Virus record (IMG/VR): IMGVR_UViG_3300005573_000063
Location: 32,001 to 96,000 of that record
DNA from: a virus
DNA length: 64,000 bases
Strand: one strand, 5' to 3'
How positions within the stretch are numbered: the first letter of the stretch is position 1; every line of letters begins with the position of its first letter. Position numbers and translations under genes: made by a program. This document shows positions 24,357 to 34,594 of this stretch, piece by piece. The notes under the pieces are model-generated. The model was not told the origin of the DNA. It worked only from the letters and a program-made list of their open reading frames with translations, and made no database searches.

Positions 24357-24385
24357 ACTCTAGCACACTGGTGAAGAGGTGTCAA
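24357..24385 (-). promoter_or_regulatory. Sigma-70/A promoter for the tRNA cluster
   Basis: TTGACA-N17-TAGAGT, TGTG extension. Confidence 0.75.
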
Positions 24386-24398
24386 GAGAGAAGTTGAA

Positions 24399-24472
24399 TG
24401 GCACGCCCACTGAGAGTCGAACTCAGGCTTAAGGTTTTGGAGACCTTTGTGCTACCGTAACACCTTGGGCGA
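24399..24472 (-). tRNA. tRNA-Trp(CCA)
   Basis: TCGCCCA/TGGGCGT-G-CCA; AAGGT-CTCCAAA-ACCTT. Confidence 0.9.
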
Positions 24473-24712
24473 ATGTATTTAGTAAGGCAAATGTATTTAG
24501 TAACTAGAAAAGCTACCCGAAGGTAGCCTGTAGGATTTTCTCTAATTCGTTGTATTAATTAGATAATCCTACATAGCTGTTCCCCAGGCATAGAGATTCC
24601 CTGGCTGAGGAGTATTATTCGGTTGAATAAGTTGATGCTTAAACATAATAAACTCTTGACGGTTCTGAATGTACAGGGTGAGTAATATACTGTATCTATC
24701 TAATACTATTAG

Positions 24713-24779
24713 ATAGTAATTATTTTACATACTCTATATTATTTATATATATATAGTAATTATTTTATATACTATATAT
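24713..24779. repeat. Very AT-rich imperfect direct repeat (27 bp, 40-bp period)
   Basis: ATAGTAATTATTTTA(C/T)ATACT(C/A)TATAT at 24713 and 24753. Confidence 0.8.
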
Positions 24780-24915
24780 ATATTACATATGTTCTATTCC
24801 GTAACACTCTTAACTACTAGGTTAGTTAGGTGAATGAGTAGGTTCTTAAAATCTCTTTTACTTAGAACCGAGGAGAAAATGTTCTTATTCCCGACTTTCT
24901 CAGATTTTTTCTGAT

Positions 24916-24944
24916 TTGACAGATTTTTTGTTCTGTGGTAGGAT
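24916..24944 (+). promoter_or_regulatory. Sigma-70/A promoter
   Basis: TTGACA-N17-TAGGAT, TGTGG extension. Confidence 0.75.
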
Positions 24945-25002
24945 GTTCCCTTCATCTTACAGGAATCACCTCAGGTTGAAACCACAGCTGAAAGGACTTC
25001 TT

Positions 25003-25464
25003 ATGAAGAAGAAAATATGCACTGGCTTGTACGTACTTTCTCTGGGAGTAGCTTATCATTTCCCAGTTCTGATGGTCAAGCATCTTCCTAAAGTAAATTT
25101 TGTTCCGGTACCAGTTTATTATTATAAGCCAGTAATTCATACTCCCTGGTGGAAATTACCTCGGACTGGCGTAGCAAAAATTAACGAAGAAATTAGTCTT
25201 CAGAAAGACTTACACTGCATTAAGTATTACGAATCTCGTGGAGAATATTCCATTGATACTGGAAATGGATACTATGGAGCATATCAGTTTGATCCTGTTA
25301 CCTGGGATTATGTAGTTAATAAGATAGGATTTTCTCAGTACGCTAATGGGAATGCAAATCTAGCTCCTCGTGTTGTACAGAACAAGGCTGCTCTCTACCT
25401 CCATAAGATTAGGGGGTGGAGTCCTTGGCCCGTATCAAGTGTTAAATGTCATTTAAATTCATGA
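25003..25464 (+). CDS. Rpf-like lytic transglycosylase with N-terminal signal/anchor
   Basis: ESRG.Y..DTGNGYYGAYQFDPVTW...GWSPWP; GAAAGGA RBS before ATG 25003. Confidence 0.85.
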   Translation: MKKKICTGLYVLSLGVAYHFPVLMVKHLPKVNFVPVPVYYYKPVIHTPWWKLPRTGVAKINEEISLQKDLHCIKYYESRGEYSIDTGNGYYGAYQFDPVTWDYVVNKIGFSQYANGNANLAPRVVQNKAALYLHKIRGWSPWPVSSVKCHLNS

Positions 25465-25519
25465 TGTAGGAACAATTTTAGACAGCTGTATGCTATGAGC
25501 ATCGTAGAGGAGTGAAAAT

Positions 25520-26218
25520 ATGACACAAGGATTATTTGATGGAGCCACCTGGAAGGGACCAGTTCCAAATATGGTAGTAGGAGGGATGGGGAAGATTCAG
25601 GGAATTGTTTTGCATATTATGCAAGGAACTCTTGCCGGATGTGATTCATGGTTCCACAATCCCTCATCTCAGGTAAGTGCTCATTTTGGTAATGGTAAGA
25701 CTGGCCTGCTGTACCAGTGGGTGAATGCAGATAATGTTGCGTGGGCTGAGGCGGGAGGAAATCCTTATTGGCTCTCAATCGAACATGAGGGGGTTACAGG
25801 GCAATCCCTGACCCCTGAGCAGATCCTCAATGACGCTAAGATATTAGTATGGGCACATGAAAATTATGGGGTACCGTTTACTCTAGCTAATGATCCATCT
25901 CAGTCCGGTTTAGGGTATCATGCTATGGGAGGTGTTCCATGGGGTAATCATCCAGACTGCCCAGGCCCTCCCATTATTGCTCAAAGAACACAAATTATCG
26001 AACAAGCACTAACCCTTACGAGAAAGGATATTAATAATATGCAGTTTATGGCAAAATCTCCGGATGGTCCTGCAACATGTATGTTTGATGTAGGAACTAA
26101 AACTTACTGGGGCCTTGGCTCCGCAGAACAAGTACTTTTCTACGAATCTCTAGGTATCAAGAATATTACAGGAGTAGTTCCTGCTGCAGTGTATGCTCAG
26201 TACACAAGGACTGGTTAA
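25520..26218 (+). CDS. Endolysin, N-acetylmuramoyl-L-alanine amidase (Amidase_2)
   Basis: IVLH...SAHF...AW...SIEHEG...H...CPG. Confidence 0.85.
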   Translation: MTQGLFDGATWKGPVPNMVVGGMGKIQGIVLHIMQGTLAGCDSWFHNPSSQVSAHFGNGKTGLLYQWVNADNVAWAEAGGNPYWLSIEHEGVTGQSLTPEQILNDAKILVWAHENYGVPFTLANDPSQSGLGYHAMGGVPWGNHPDCPGPPIIAQRTQIIEQALTLTRKDINNMQFMAKSPDGPATCMFDVGTKTYWGLGSAEQVLFYESLGIKNITGVVPAAVYAQYTRTG

Positions 26219-26220
26219 GT

Positions 26221-26712
26221 ATGCAAATTGAAAAAAAGGTTCCTATTGCATGCCCTATTTGTGGCGGGGAGGGATGTAAGCCTTGTAATCAAAAGGGAAT
26301 TGTTTATGAGGTGACGAGTGAGATTTACTCTGAAGAAGAGTCAAATGCAATTCTTGTAGCTGATATAAATTCTATTAAAATGCTTCTTCAAGATCTTCAA
26401 TCTAGACTACAGAAGCTTGAAAGTGAACAAGGATATTCTTTTCCTAAGGGTGCCTCTCCTGGAATCTACAATCCTACATATCCTTATGTAACTTATGGTA
26501 CTACTTATAGTAGTACACCAGTAACTCCAAGGCAAACTTATTCTACTACCACCTTTGCGGTATGTGAAGATGGATCGGGGAAGTTTTATAATATTGGAGA
26601 CAGTACTCAAGACTATACTCTATATTCTTCAAGTGATATAAATAAATGGGACGGCGACAAAAAGAGTCAAATACTAAGAGATAAAAAGAAAATGCTAAAA
26701 TCTGTAGCCTAG
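26221..26712 (+). CDS. Hypothetical protein with CxxCxGxG zinc finger
   Basis: CPICGGEGCKPCNQKG. Confidence 0.6.
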   Translation: MQIEKKVPIACPICGGEGCKPCNQKGIVYEVTSEIYSEEESNAILVADINSIKMLLQDLQSRLQKLESEQGYSFPKGASPGIYNPTYPYVTYGTTYSSTPVTPRQTYSTTTFAVCEDGSGKFYNIGDSTQDYTLYSSSDINKWDGDKKSQILRDKKKMLKSVA

Positions 26713-26739
26713 TAACTTAAGCAAAATAGAATAATTTAT

Positions 26740-26770
26740 AACAACCACCTCTCCTATAGGGGTGGTTGTT
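26740..26770 (+). terminator. Stem-loop between lysis genes and RNR
   Basis: ACAACCACC...GGTGGTTGT inverted repeat. Confidence 0.5.
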
Positions 26771-26794
26771 CCAATCTAAGGGTAAAATATAAAA

Positions 26795-29044
26795 ATGATT
26801 GATATTGACACATCTGTAGATGTAGAAGAGAATGTAGTTCGAGCTGGGGGAAAGGCTAGTTATACACGCAGGCCAGATCGTAAAAATCCAGAGAAGACAT
26901 TCTTACCCGGAATTCACTTGTTTGCTGAGGAGCGTTATGAGGCTGGTGAAATCATAGAACGAGATGATGAATTTTATTTTCTTTCTTTTAGACTTTCGGA
27001 TAATTTTATAAAACCCTATAAAACAAAAACTCCCTCCTTTGGCTTTCCTATAGGAGGAGGAAATACTCTTGGAGAGTATGTATGGTTTACCAAATACTCT
27101 CGTAAGAAGCTAGATGGAACTAAGGAAAGATTTTGGGAGGGATGTCGGCGTGTGATCGAAGGTATGTATTCCATTCAAAAAGATCATGCCTTTTACTATC
27201 GTCTTCCATGGGATGAGAAGAAAGCTATTGTATCTGCTCAAGAAGCGTATGATCGTCTTTTCTCTTTCAAGTGGACGCCTCCTGGAAGAGGATTTTGGAT
27301 GATGGGAACATTCTTAGTTAACGGCCTTAAGACATCTGCTCCTCTACAGAATTGTGCTATGTTATCCACTAAGATAAAAGACCCTCTAGATCCCGCTTTC
27401 CCATTTTATCGTTTAATGGAAATGGCTACCCTAGGTGTAGGAGTAGGATTTGATACATTAGGAGCAGGTCAAGTTACTTTGCATGCACCTTTAGAAGGAG
27501 AACATCAGAAAGTAGTGATTGATGATTCTCGTGAGGGATGGGCTGATTCCACTCGACTTTTATTGGAAAGTTATTTTTTGCCAGATAAGCCAGTTATAGA
27601 TTTTGATTACTCCGAGATTCGTCCGGCAGGTGCTCCTATCAAAAGATTTGGAGGTACTGCAGCTGGCCCAGAACCTTTGATTCAATTTCATGAAAGAGTG
27701 AGGAATCTTTTTAAAGACCGTAAGGGGGATCTACTTAGCACGTCAGATATTGTCGATATTCAAAATATGATTGGCAAATGTGTAGTAGCAGCAAATGTGC
27801 GTAGTTCAGCTGAGATTGCGCTAGGAGATATCTCTGACTCAGAATTTCTTCACTTAAAGGATCCTTATTTGCACCCAGTACGCATGGGTTTTCAAGAAGG
27901 ACCAAATGGAGGTCCCTTAACTGATGCGGATGGAAATTGGATTCCTACTGAACAAGGAGGCTGGGGTTATACGTCCAATAATTCCGTATTCGTAAATGTG
28001 GGAGATGATTATTCAGCTCTTTCTGAAGGAATTGTTCTGAATGGAGAGCCTGGACTTGTCTGGCTTGATGTATCCAGAAAATATGGAAGATTAATTGACC
28101 CTCCTGATGGTCGAGACTATCGAGTAGCAGGTGTTAACCCTTGCGCAGAGATGCTACTCGAAAGTAGCGAATGTTGTACCTTAAGTGAAACCTATCCCAC
28201 TAAGTGTGAAGATTTAGATGACTATTTGCGTACCCTTAAGTTTGCCTATTTGTATGGTAAAACTGTCACTCTTCTCCCTACTCACTGGCCTGAAACTAAT
28301 GAGGTTATGATTCGTAATAGACGTATTGGCCTATCTATGACTGGACTCGCTGAGTTTGTTGAGAATAAGGGATGGCATGAGCTGAAGAAATGGCAAGATG
28401 CGGGATATAGAGAAGTACGTAGGTGGGATAAAATATACTCAGAATGGTTAGGAATTAGAGAGTCCATCAAGGTAACAACTACAAAGCCGTCCGGAAGTGT
28501 AAGCTTGCTAGCTGGTGTCACACCAGGGTGTCATTGGCCGAAAGAAAGAGGATTTTATCTGCGTAGGGTAAGAGAGTCGGTTAATAATCCCATAGCCAAA
28601 GCTATGGAAGAAGCCGGGTACCATGTAGAGCCTAATCTTCAAAATCCTCAATTTGGAGTAGTTGTGACGTGTCCTACTGAGGGACCAGATATTCGCCCAG
28701 AGGCCGATGTATCTCTATGGGAGAAGGTGTCTCTAGCTGCTCAGACCCAAGAATGGTGGTCAGACAATTCAGTCTCGGTGACGGCTACATTTGACATCGG
28801 AAAAGAGAGTGACCAGATAGGAGCAGTATTGCGCTCCTTTGATGGAAGGCTAAAGTCAATCTCTTTTCTAGGGACTTCAGGAGGAAATTATGCTCAGTTG
28901 CCTTATGAGAAGGTTCCTGTAGAAGAATGGAGTGCTCTCAGAAGCAGAGTACGTCCCCTCAACTGGGACCTCTTATATGCTAGTGATGCAGCAGATGCAG
29001 AGGGGGAACGCTACTGTTCGAATGACTCTTGCACTTTGGAGTAG
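26795..29044 (+). CDS. nrdJ: Class II (adenosylcobalamin-dependent) ribonucleoside-triphosphate reductase
   Basis: PPGRG, LQNC, GVGVGFD, NPCAE, CTLSE, NRRIG, TTTKPSGSVS, C-terminal CSNDSC. Confidence 0.92.
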   Translation: MIDIDTSVDVEENVVRAGGKASYTRRPDRKNPEKTFLPGIHLFAEERYEAGEIIERDDEFYFLSFRLSDNFIKPYKTKTPSFGFPIGGGNTLGEYVWFTKYSRKKLDGTKERFWEGCRRVIEGMYSIQKDHAFYYRLPWDEKKAIVSAQEAYDRLFSFKWTPPGRGFWMMGTFLVNGLKTSAPLQNCAMLSTKIKDPLDPAFPFYRLMEMATLGVGVGFDTLGAGQVTLHAPLEGEHQKVVIDDSREGWADSTRLLLESYFLPDKPVIDFDYSEIRPAGAPIKRFGGTAAGPEPLIQFHERVRNLFKDRKGDLLSTSDIVDIQNMIGKCVVAANVRSSAEIALGDISDSEFLHLKDPYLHPVRMGFQEGPNGGPLTDADGNWIPTEQGGWGYTSNNSVFVNVGDDYSALSEGIVLNGEPGLVWLDVSRKYGRLIDPPDGRDYRVAGVNPCAEMLLESSECCTLSETYPTKCEDLDDYLRTLKFAYLYGKTVTLLPTHWPETNEVMIRNRRIGLSMTGLAEFVENKGWHELKKWQDAGYREVRRWDKIYSEWLGIRESIKVTTTKPSGSVSLLAGVTPGCHWPKERGFYLRRVRESVNNPIAKAMEEAGYHVEPNLQNPQFGVVVTCPTEGPDIRPEADVSLWEKVSLAAQTQEWWSDNSVSVTATFDIGKESDQIGAVLRSFDGRLKSISFLGTSGGNYAQLPYEKVPVEEWSALRSRVRPLNWDLLYASDAADAEGERYCSNDSCTLE

Positions 29045-29063
29045 AGTGTGGTAAGGTGAAGGG

Positions 29064-29240
29064 ATGGCGAAGAAGAGAAAAACCTTCAAACTAAAGATTT
29101 CAACCCAGCGGGACCAGTGGATCGCCAACACTGGACACCCGTGGCCCAGAGCTGTTACAATACCCAACAAGCGTCTAAAAGCTCTTCGAGAGCTAGGACG
29201 TAAGAAGGTCAGCGAAAAAGAAATTTTGGACCTGACTTGA
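29064..29240 (+). CDS. Small basic protein (58 aa, not in ORF track)
   Basis: MAKKRKTFKLKI... directly after a TTGCAC-N17-TAAGGT promoter-like element. Confidence 0.5.
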   Translation: MAKKRKTFKLKISTQRDQWIANTGHPWPRAVTIPNKRLKALRELGRKKVSEKEILDLT

Positions 29241-29265
29241 CACCTACAGGAGACTGTGATAAGGT
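29237..29265 (+). promoter_or_regulatory. Sigma-70/A promoter of the AAA/VWA genes
   Basis: TTGACA-N17-TAAGGT, TGTG extension. Confidence 0.75.
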
Positions 29266-29319
29266 GTTGGAGAAGTGAAGAGCGGTTACCTACCAGACAA
29301 ATAACAAGGAGAAATAATA

Positions 29320-30429
29320 ATGGCGAATACGTTGCTGCCCAAGGCTGGGGAATACTGGAAGAATGGGTTCAATGTTCTTCTGATCGGTCCTCATGGAGTT
29401 GGCAAGACAGTGCTGGTGAAGGACCTTGCCAATGAGCAGGGTATCAATGTCAAGTATTTCAGCTGCTCGACACTTGAGCCTTTCACTCACTTCGTTGGAG
29501 TTCCTCACCCCTCAATTGATACTCTGGGGCGTGATACGATCAAGCTTCTACGTCCTCGTGACGTGGATGATGCCGAGATGCTATTCTTCGATGAGCTGAA
29601 CCGTGCAGATGACACGGTGCTCAACGCTGTTCTGGAGATTGTCCAGTTCGGGACGATCAACGGAGAGCCTCTGCCTAAGCTGAGGTGTGTGTGGGCTGCT
29701 ATCAACCCTCCTGAGGGCGAGTATCACGTTCACGAGCTGGACCCTGCTCTCGTAGACCGCTTCGATATTTACGAGGAGCTGAAGCCTAAGCCGAATGCCA
29801 AGTACCTGGAGGGAAAGATTTGGGAGGCAGTTCAGAAGTCCGACTCTTCTACCACCTATGTCAGCACACAGGCAATTGCCAAGGCTCTGGTGCAGTGGTT
29901 CAATGAGCATGACTTTCCGAAGGATTCTCCTGAGAACTACGTTTCTCCTCGTAGGTTGGAAAAGATTGGGACAGTTATTGCTGTTCTACATAGTGCCGCT
30001 CAGGTGCGTAAGCTTTTGCCTCCTGGCAGTCAGCTCGATGCAGCTAAGCTGCAGGACATGCTCACCAAGGCTCTCAAGACCGAGGATGCGGTCCGAATTG
30101 TCAATAATGAGGGGGCTGCAGTCTTTGGTCCCAACTCGACCATCACTTACAAGCCAGACTGGATCTTCAAGAACTTGGATACTGTGGTGGAGGCATTCCA
30201 GAGCCCTGACTGTGCGGAAGAGACTCGCCAGCAAGTCGTGGACGCCATGGCTGGCGCTGGTGCTGAGCGTTGGTGTATCGTCATGGACCGCCTTCTGAGG
30301 GAGGGTTTGGACCCCAAGACTGTGGCTGCAGCCTACTTCAGCTTTCCTGACACAAAGCAGGATGAGGTTGGTCGCCTGGATATCGCCAAGGCTGATAGTC
30401 CTCTGGACCAGGCCATCTGGAGCCTCTAA
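29320..30429 (+). CDS. MoxR/AAA_5-type AAA+ ATPase
   Basis: GPHGVGKT, FFDELNRA, AAINP, LDPALVDRF, SPRR. Confidence 0.9.
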   Translation: MANTLLPKAGEYWKNGFNVLLIGPHGVGKTVLVKDLANEQGINVKYFSCSTLEPFTHFVGVPHPSIDTLGRDTIKLLRPRDVDDAEMLFFDELNRADDTVLNAVLEIVQFGTINGEPLPKLRCVWAAINPPEGEYHVHELDPALVDRFDIYEELKPKPNAKYLEGKIWEAVQKSDSSTTYVSTQAIAKALVQWFNEHDFPKDSPENYVSPRRLEKIGTVIAVLHSAAQVRKLLPPGSQLDAAKLQDMLTKALKTEDAVRIVNNEGAAVFGPNSTITYKPDWIFKNLDTVVEAFQSPDCAEETRQQVVDAMAGAGAERWCIVMDRLLREGLDPKTVAAAYFSFPDTKQDEVGRLDIAKADSPLDQAIWSL

Positions 30430-30573
30430 AATTTAACCTATGTAATTCATCTCAGGGTCAGAAAAGTAAACGGAGAATGGGAAAGTCTGCAGTCCGAGCA
30501 GACCAGATACCTCACCCGCCCTCAAATGTGCTATACTGAACGTGACGAGTTATCCGGAGAATAAGGAGAGAAA

Positions 30574-32076
30574 ATGGCTGATACTGACACCCACAGCAAG
30601 ACCTGGGTTCTAACAGGTGAGGCGGTCCTTGGCTACCCATCCTACGGGATGACGGTGGCTGAGGTATTTTACTCTTTGCCTGAGAACTTCATGGACGGGT
30701 CCTCCTCGCAGGGAGATGTCACCTTTGAAGAGGTGCAGAAGCAGATTGAGAAGCAGCTGGCGGCTATGCTTGAGGAAAATCCTGCAGAGCCTCCTCTCAA
30801 GTCTGTAGCTCAGGCATATAGAGAAGCGATTGACTGGCTCGATGAGAACTATGCGTACTTTCTTACGCACGTTCTTAATCTTGGAATACCCGTATCTAAT
30901 CCTCATATGCCGACTGCTGCTGTCTTTTTCAACGACTTGACAAAGAAGTTGGAGTTTCATATCAACCCCGAGCTGACTCGGTTGGAGACGGAGGAGTTTG
31001 CATTCGTTTTGGCTCACGAGACGATGCATGTTAGGTTGCGTCACCTCGACGTGCTCAAGAGGTTTTATTCTCGGATTACGGATGAGGAAGAGAAGATTAA
31101 GGAAGCAAATAAGGCCAACTGTGCAGCAGATGTCGTAATCAATGATTATCTGGAGGCTCGTGGCTTTACTCTTCCGGTTACCCCTCCCTCATCCAGTAGT
31201 GCAAATAGCGGTACATGCTCTATTTCTTTCCCGAGCCAGGAGGCTATGGAGAAGTTTCTTTCAGAGCATCCTGAGCTGTTCCAGCCTGGTGGAAAGCCTC
31301 GTGATGGTCAGGGCCAGGATGGTCAGGATCGAGCCAACAAGGCAGGCGGGGAGGCAACTAGTAAGTTTCCTTCTGACGCTGACAGCCTTGGTGGTCCCAC
31401 CCAAACCTCTATCAGTTCTGGTGTGAGCTACGGATTCGGAACTACCAACGAGATTAGTGCCTGGAGTAAGGACACTGGGACTAGCTTGGAATGGGGTAAG
31501 CTTATGGCTCGTGTTAATCCCGAACTATTCTCTAAGTTCGGAATTGGAAAGCATCCTCGTAAGGACTTCCACACTCCTCACCGTGGGACTGCTTTCTTTC
31601 CGGAGGTTAATCTGCCTGTGAAGGCAGTCACTCACTCAGATAAGCTGCGTGAGACGGACAAGATTCCGTTCATCGTGTTGGCTCTGGATACCTCAGGTAG
31701 TTGTTCTCACCTAGTGGATAAGTTCATCACTCTTGCTAAGAGCATTCCCAAGAAGCGGGTTAAGCTGTGGGTATGTACCTTCTCTACTAATTACATGGAG
31801 CTGGATTTGGACAATCCTCACTATCAGTGTGCTGGTACAGATTTTAGTGCCATTGAAAACTACATTCAATTCAAGATGACTTCTGAAAAGCGCAAGAAGT
31901 ACCCGGACACTGTAGTGGTGGTCACGGATGGTGTCGGAGTTTTCTCCTCTTCTGCTCCTCCTGAGCAGCACTGGGGAAACTGGCACTGGCTCTTGGATGA
32001 GGGCTACACTAATATCAGTGAGAATCGTCCAATTGGAAAAGATCAGATTTATCCACTCAGCGACTACATCAAGTAA
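30574..32076 (+). CDS. Metallopeptidase-like plus VWA domain protein (DUF2201 type)
   Basis: FVLAHETMH (HExxH), N.AADVVIN; MIDAS DTSGS...GTDF...VVTDG. Confidence 0.85.
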   Translation: MADTDTHSKTWVLTGEAVLGYPSYGMTVAEVFYSLPENFMDGSSSQGDVTFEEVQKQIEKQLAAMLEENPAEPPLKSVAQAYREAIDWLDENYAYFLTHVLNLGIPVSNPHMPTAAVFFNDLTKKLEFHINPELTRLETEEFAFVLAHETMHVRLRHLDVLKRFYSRITDEEEKIKEANKANCAADVVINDYLEARGFTLPVTPPSSSSANSGTCSISFPSQEAMEKFLSEHPELFQPGGKPRDGQGQDGQDRANKAGGEATSKFPSDADSLGGPTQTSISSGVSYGFGTTNEISAWSKDTGTSLEWGKLMARVNPELFSKFGIGKHPRKDFHTPHRGTAFFPEVNLPVKAVTHSDKLRETDKIPFIVLALDTSGSCSHLVDKFITLAKSIPKKRVKLWVCTFSTNYMELDLDNPHYQCAGTDFSAIENYIQFKMTSEKRKKYPDTVVVVTDGVGVFSSSAPPEQHWGNWHWLLDEGYTNISENRPIGKDQIYPLSDYIK

Positions 32077-32369
32077 GGAGAAAATATAGTGAGTAGGTAC
32101 GATTTACCCAAGGGTTCTTCTTCTAGTACGAAGACTCTCTCTGGGCTCCAGACATTGATTTTGCTTGGAGTTATGCTGGGATGGTCGTTGTTGGTTATCC
32201 TATTCTGGAGCTGGCTAATTATGCTAGCAGTGGGGATCTGGTATCCCTTGGCGTTCTACCCTGGCGCCTGTATTTTGGGATTGGGAGCATTTGTTACTCT
32301 GCCGAATCCTCGCTTCATTAAGGGTATTGCTAGTGTTATCGCAAGTCTTTTCCCTGAGGTACAAAAGTA

Positions 32370-32681
32370 GTGAGAGTAACACGCTTTACAGCACAGCAAC
32401 TATCTTCCCTCTATCGTTTTAGTCCGAAGATAGTTGCTGTGTTTTTTGATACCACTGTTTCAACACTGAGGAGACAGGAAAGAGAGGGGAGATTCAAAGA
32501 CAATAAGGGAGAACCTCTTTTACCATTGCGGGTAAGTAATCAACGACAGTATTCGCTTGACCTTATGAGACAGATGGCGCATTCATTGCGTAGAGAAAAT
32601 CTCCTAAGTAATTACCAATTAAAGGTTATCCTCAATAGGATAGATGCCTTTGCAATACCTGTTAGGAGAAAGAAGAAATGA
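32370..32681 (+). CDS. MerR-like HTH protein
   Basis: VAVFFDTTVSTLRRQEREG...RQYS. Confidence 0.7.
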   Translation: MRVTRFTAQQLSSLYRFSPKIVAVFFDTTVSTLRRQEREGRFKDNKGEPLLPLRVSNQRQYSLDLMRQMAHSLRRENLLSNYQLKVILNRIDAFAIPVRRKKK

Positions 32682-33397
32682 ATCAGTTAAAGATTGCGGT
32701 ATGTGGAAGTAATCCACCTGAAAATGAGGCTCTCGTTCTTGATATCTCTCAAAAAATACAGGATCTTCTAGATGTTGATCCCCACATAATAGGTGTATCG
32801 CCTATTTTTTCCCCTAATTTATCTCATGATGAATATCAGCTAGATTCAGCCTATGACCGTAAATTGAGGTTTCAAGAATTGTCGGGTCAAGCGCCCGAGG
32901 TAGTTATCTCGGCAGGCTGTATGATTCAAGAGGTAGCCTACCAGAAGTCCCGAGTAGACATGCTGGGAAAGAAGCTTAATGCAGCTCTGACTATCCCAAA
33001 TAGTCCTAGCCAGCAACAGGTGGAGGCAACAATGGCTGTTTCTGTCTTGCAGGTCCTTATTCAGCAAGCGATAAATGAACTATCCCAGGTATGGGATTTT
33101 CTTTATATCCTTCCCCCATTAGGAGAATTGTCTTCAATACCTAATCTCAGTGAAGTTAACGATAATATTGAATGGTTTCTGAATTCCTTAGGAGGATTGG
33201 ACAATAAAATTCCAACATTCCCTCTTATTAAGAGGGTTCCAGAGAAGGGAAGGGGTAGGGAAAGGTTTATTCAGACGGAGGGAGATGTATGGACTCATTT
33301 TGTAGAGGATCAGTCGGCCCCACTCCTTTCCACAAGCGGTTTGGTAATTCCTCATTCTTCTTCTACGAAGAATTCTTAAAGAAAGATAGGTGTAATA

Positions 33398-33793
33398 GTG
33401 AGTAATTCAGACAATGGAGTACGACCCCTCGCTCAAGAAGGAGATAGTATTTTTGAGCGTAATTTAGCCATTTTGGTAAAGAGAGGGCAAGAATTAAAGT
33501 TCTTTATGGGGAATGCATCCACCTTCACTGGCTTTGTGGTAGCATTGGACACAGAGTGGATTCAGGTAATCTCTTCGGTTAACAAGGAGGTTATCCTAGT
33601 TCATAAGAGGCATATTTCTTCTATTCAGCCCACAGGGAGATTACTAAGTGAATTTCCAAAGGATCGTTCTACGGTTCTAGAAACTAAGGTTTCCAATTTT
33701 AGTGCAGTATGTTCTGGATTTTTACATTCTACAAATGTAGTACACCGAGAAGAGAGAGAAGTGCGAGGCACGCATGGAAATGAGTTGGGTTAA
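33398..33793 (+). CDS. Sm/Hfq-like protein
   Basis: LKFFMGNASTFTGFVVALD...ILVHKRHISSIQP aligns by eye with Hfq Sm1/Sm2 (VYKHAISTVVP). Confidence 0.55.
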   Translation: MSNSDNGVRPLAQEGDSIFERNLAILVKRGQELKFFMGNASTFTGFVVALDTEWIQVISSVNKEVILVHKRHISSIQPTGRLLSEFPKDRSTVLETKVSNFSAVCSGFLHSTNVVHREEREVRGTHGNELG

Positions 33794-34583
33794 CAATTAT
33801 GTTCCTCTTAGGTTCAAGTTCATCTCGGAAGAAGATGGAGAATACTTAGAGCGTTCGGTGCCGGACTACAAGAAATTCGTAGCCTATGGTTGTCCTACCT
33901 GTCGAGGAAAGGGAACCTTCCTCACTCCGAATGGCGAGGTAGAGTGTGATTGTGCAGAGCAGCTAATGCTCTATAAGCACTACACAAATGCCAACATCGG
34001 ACTTAATTACCAAAGGCTTTCATGGGAAGATTACACTGGTAGTGATGCTGCGAAGGCGGCTATGGTAGACTATCTAGATCACTACGATGGAATGCTTAAT
34101 GAAGGATTTGGAGCCTTATTTACGGGAGGTCCCGGATTAGGAAAAACATTACTGAGTTCCTTAATAGGTAAGGAATTAGTGAAGTTGGGTTACACAGTTT
34201 TCTTTGCTACATTTGCCGAAATGACTACCCTCTTGACTAAGGGATGGGGAAATGAGGAAGCTCGTAGTTTCTTCGAGAAGAAGGTGGTACGCTCAGACGT
34301 ATTCATCTTGGATGATGTAGGAAAGGAATTGAGAACTAAGACTAATTTAGCTGAATCTACGTTCGACTACGTTCTGCGAAGTCGAGTGGCAAACTGTCGT
34401 CCTGTTTTTATTACCACTAATCTCACTCTTCCTGAAATGAGTCAAGGCTATGGTTCCGCATTATTCTCTCTGCTTCAGGAGAAGTCGTTGGTTGTAAATA
34501 TCCAAGGAGAGGATTTTCGTAGAAAAGCAGGGGATGCAGCGCTGGAGTATGTGCGTAATGGCTACACAAGAGCAATTTCTTAG
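33774..34583 (+). CDS. DnaC/IstB-like helicase loader
   Basis: CPTC...CDC; GGPGLGKT; ILDDVGKE; FITTN. Confidence 0.88.
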   Translation: MEMSWVNNYVPLRFKFISEEDGEYLERSVPDYKKFVAYGCPTCRGKGTFLTPNGEVECDCAEQLMLYKHYTNANIGLNYQRLSWEDYTGSDAAKAAMVDYLDHYDGMLNEGFGALFTGGPGLGKTLLSSLIGKELVKLGYTVFFATFAEMTTLLTKGWGNEEARSFFEKKVVRSDVFILDDVGKELRTKTNLAESTFDYVLRSRVANCRPVFITTNLTLPEMSQGYGSALFSLLQEKSLVVNIQGEDFRRKAGDAALEYVRNGYTRAIS

Positions 34584-34594
34584 AAGGGGTTAGC

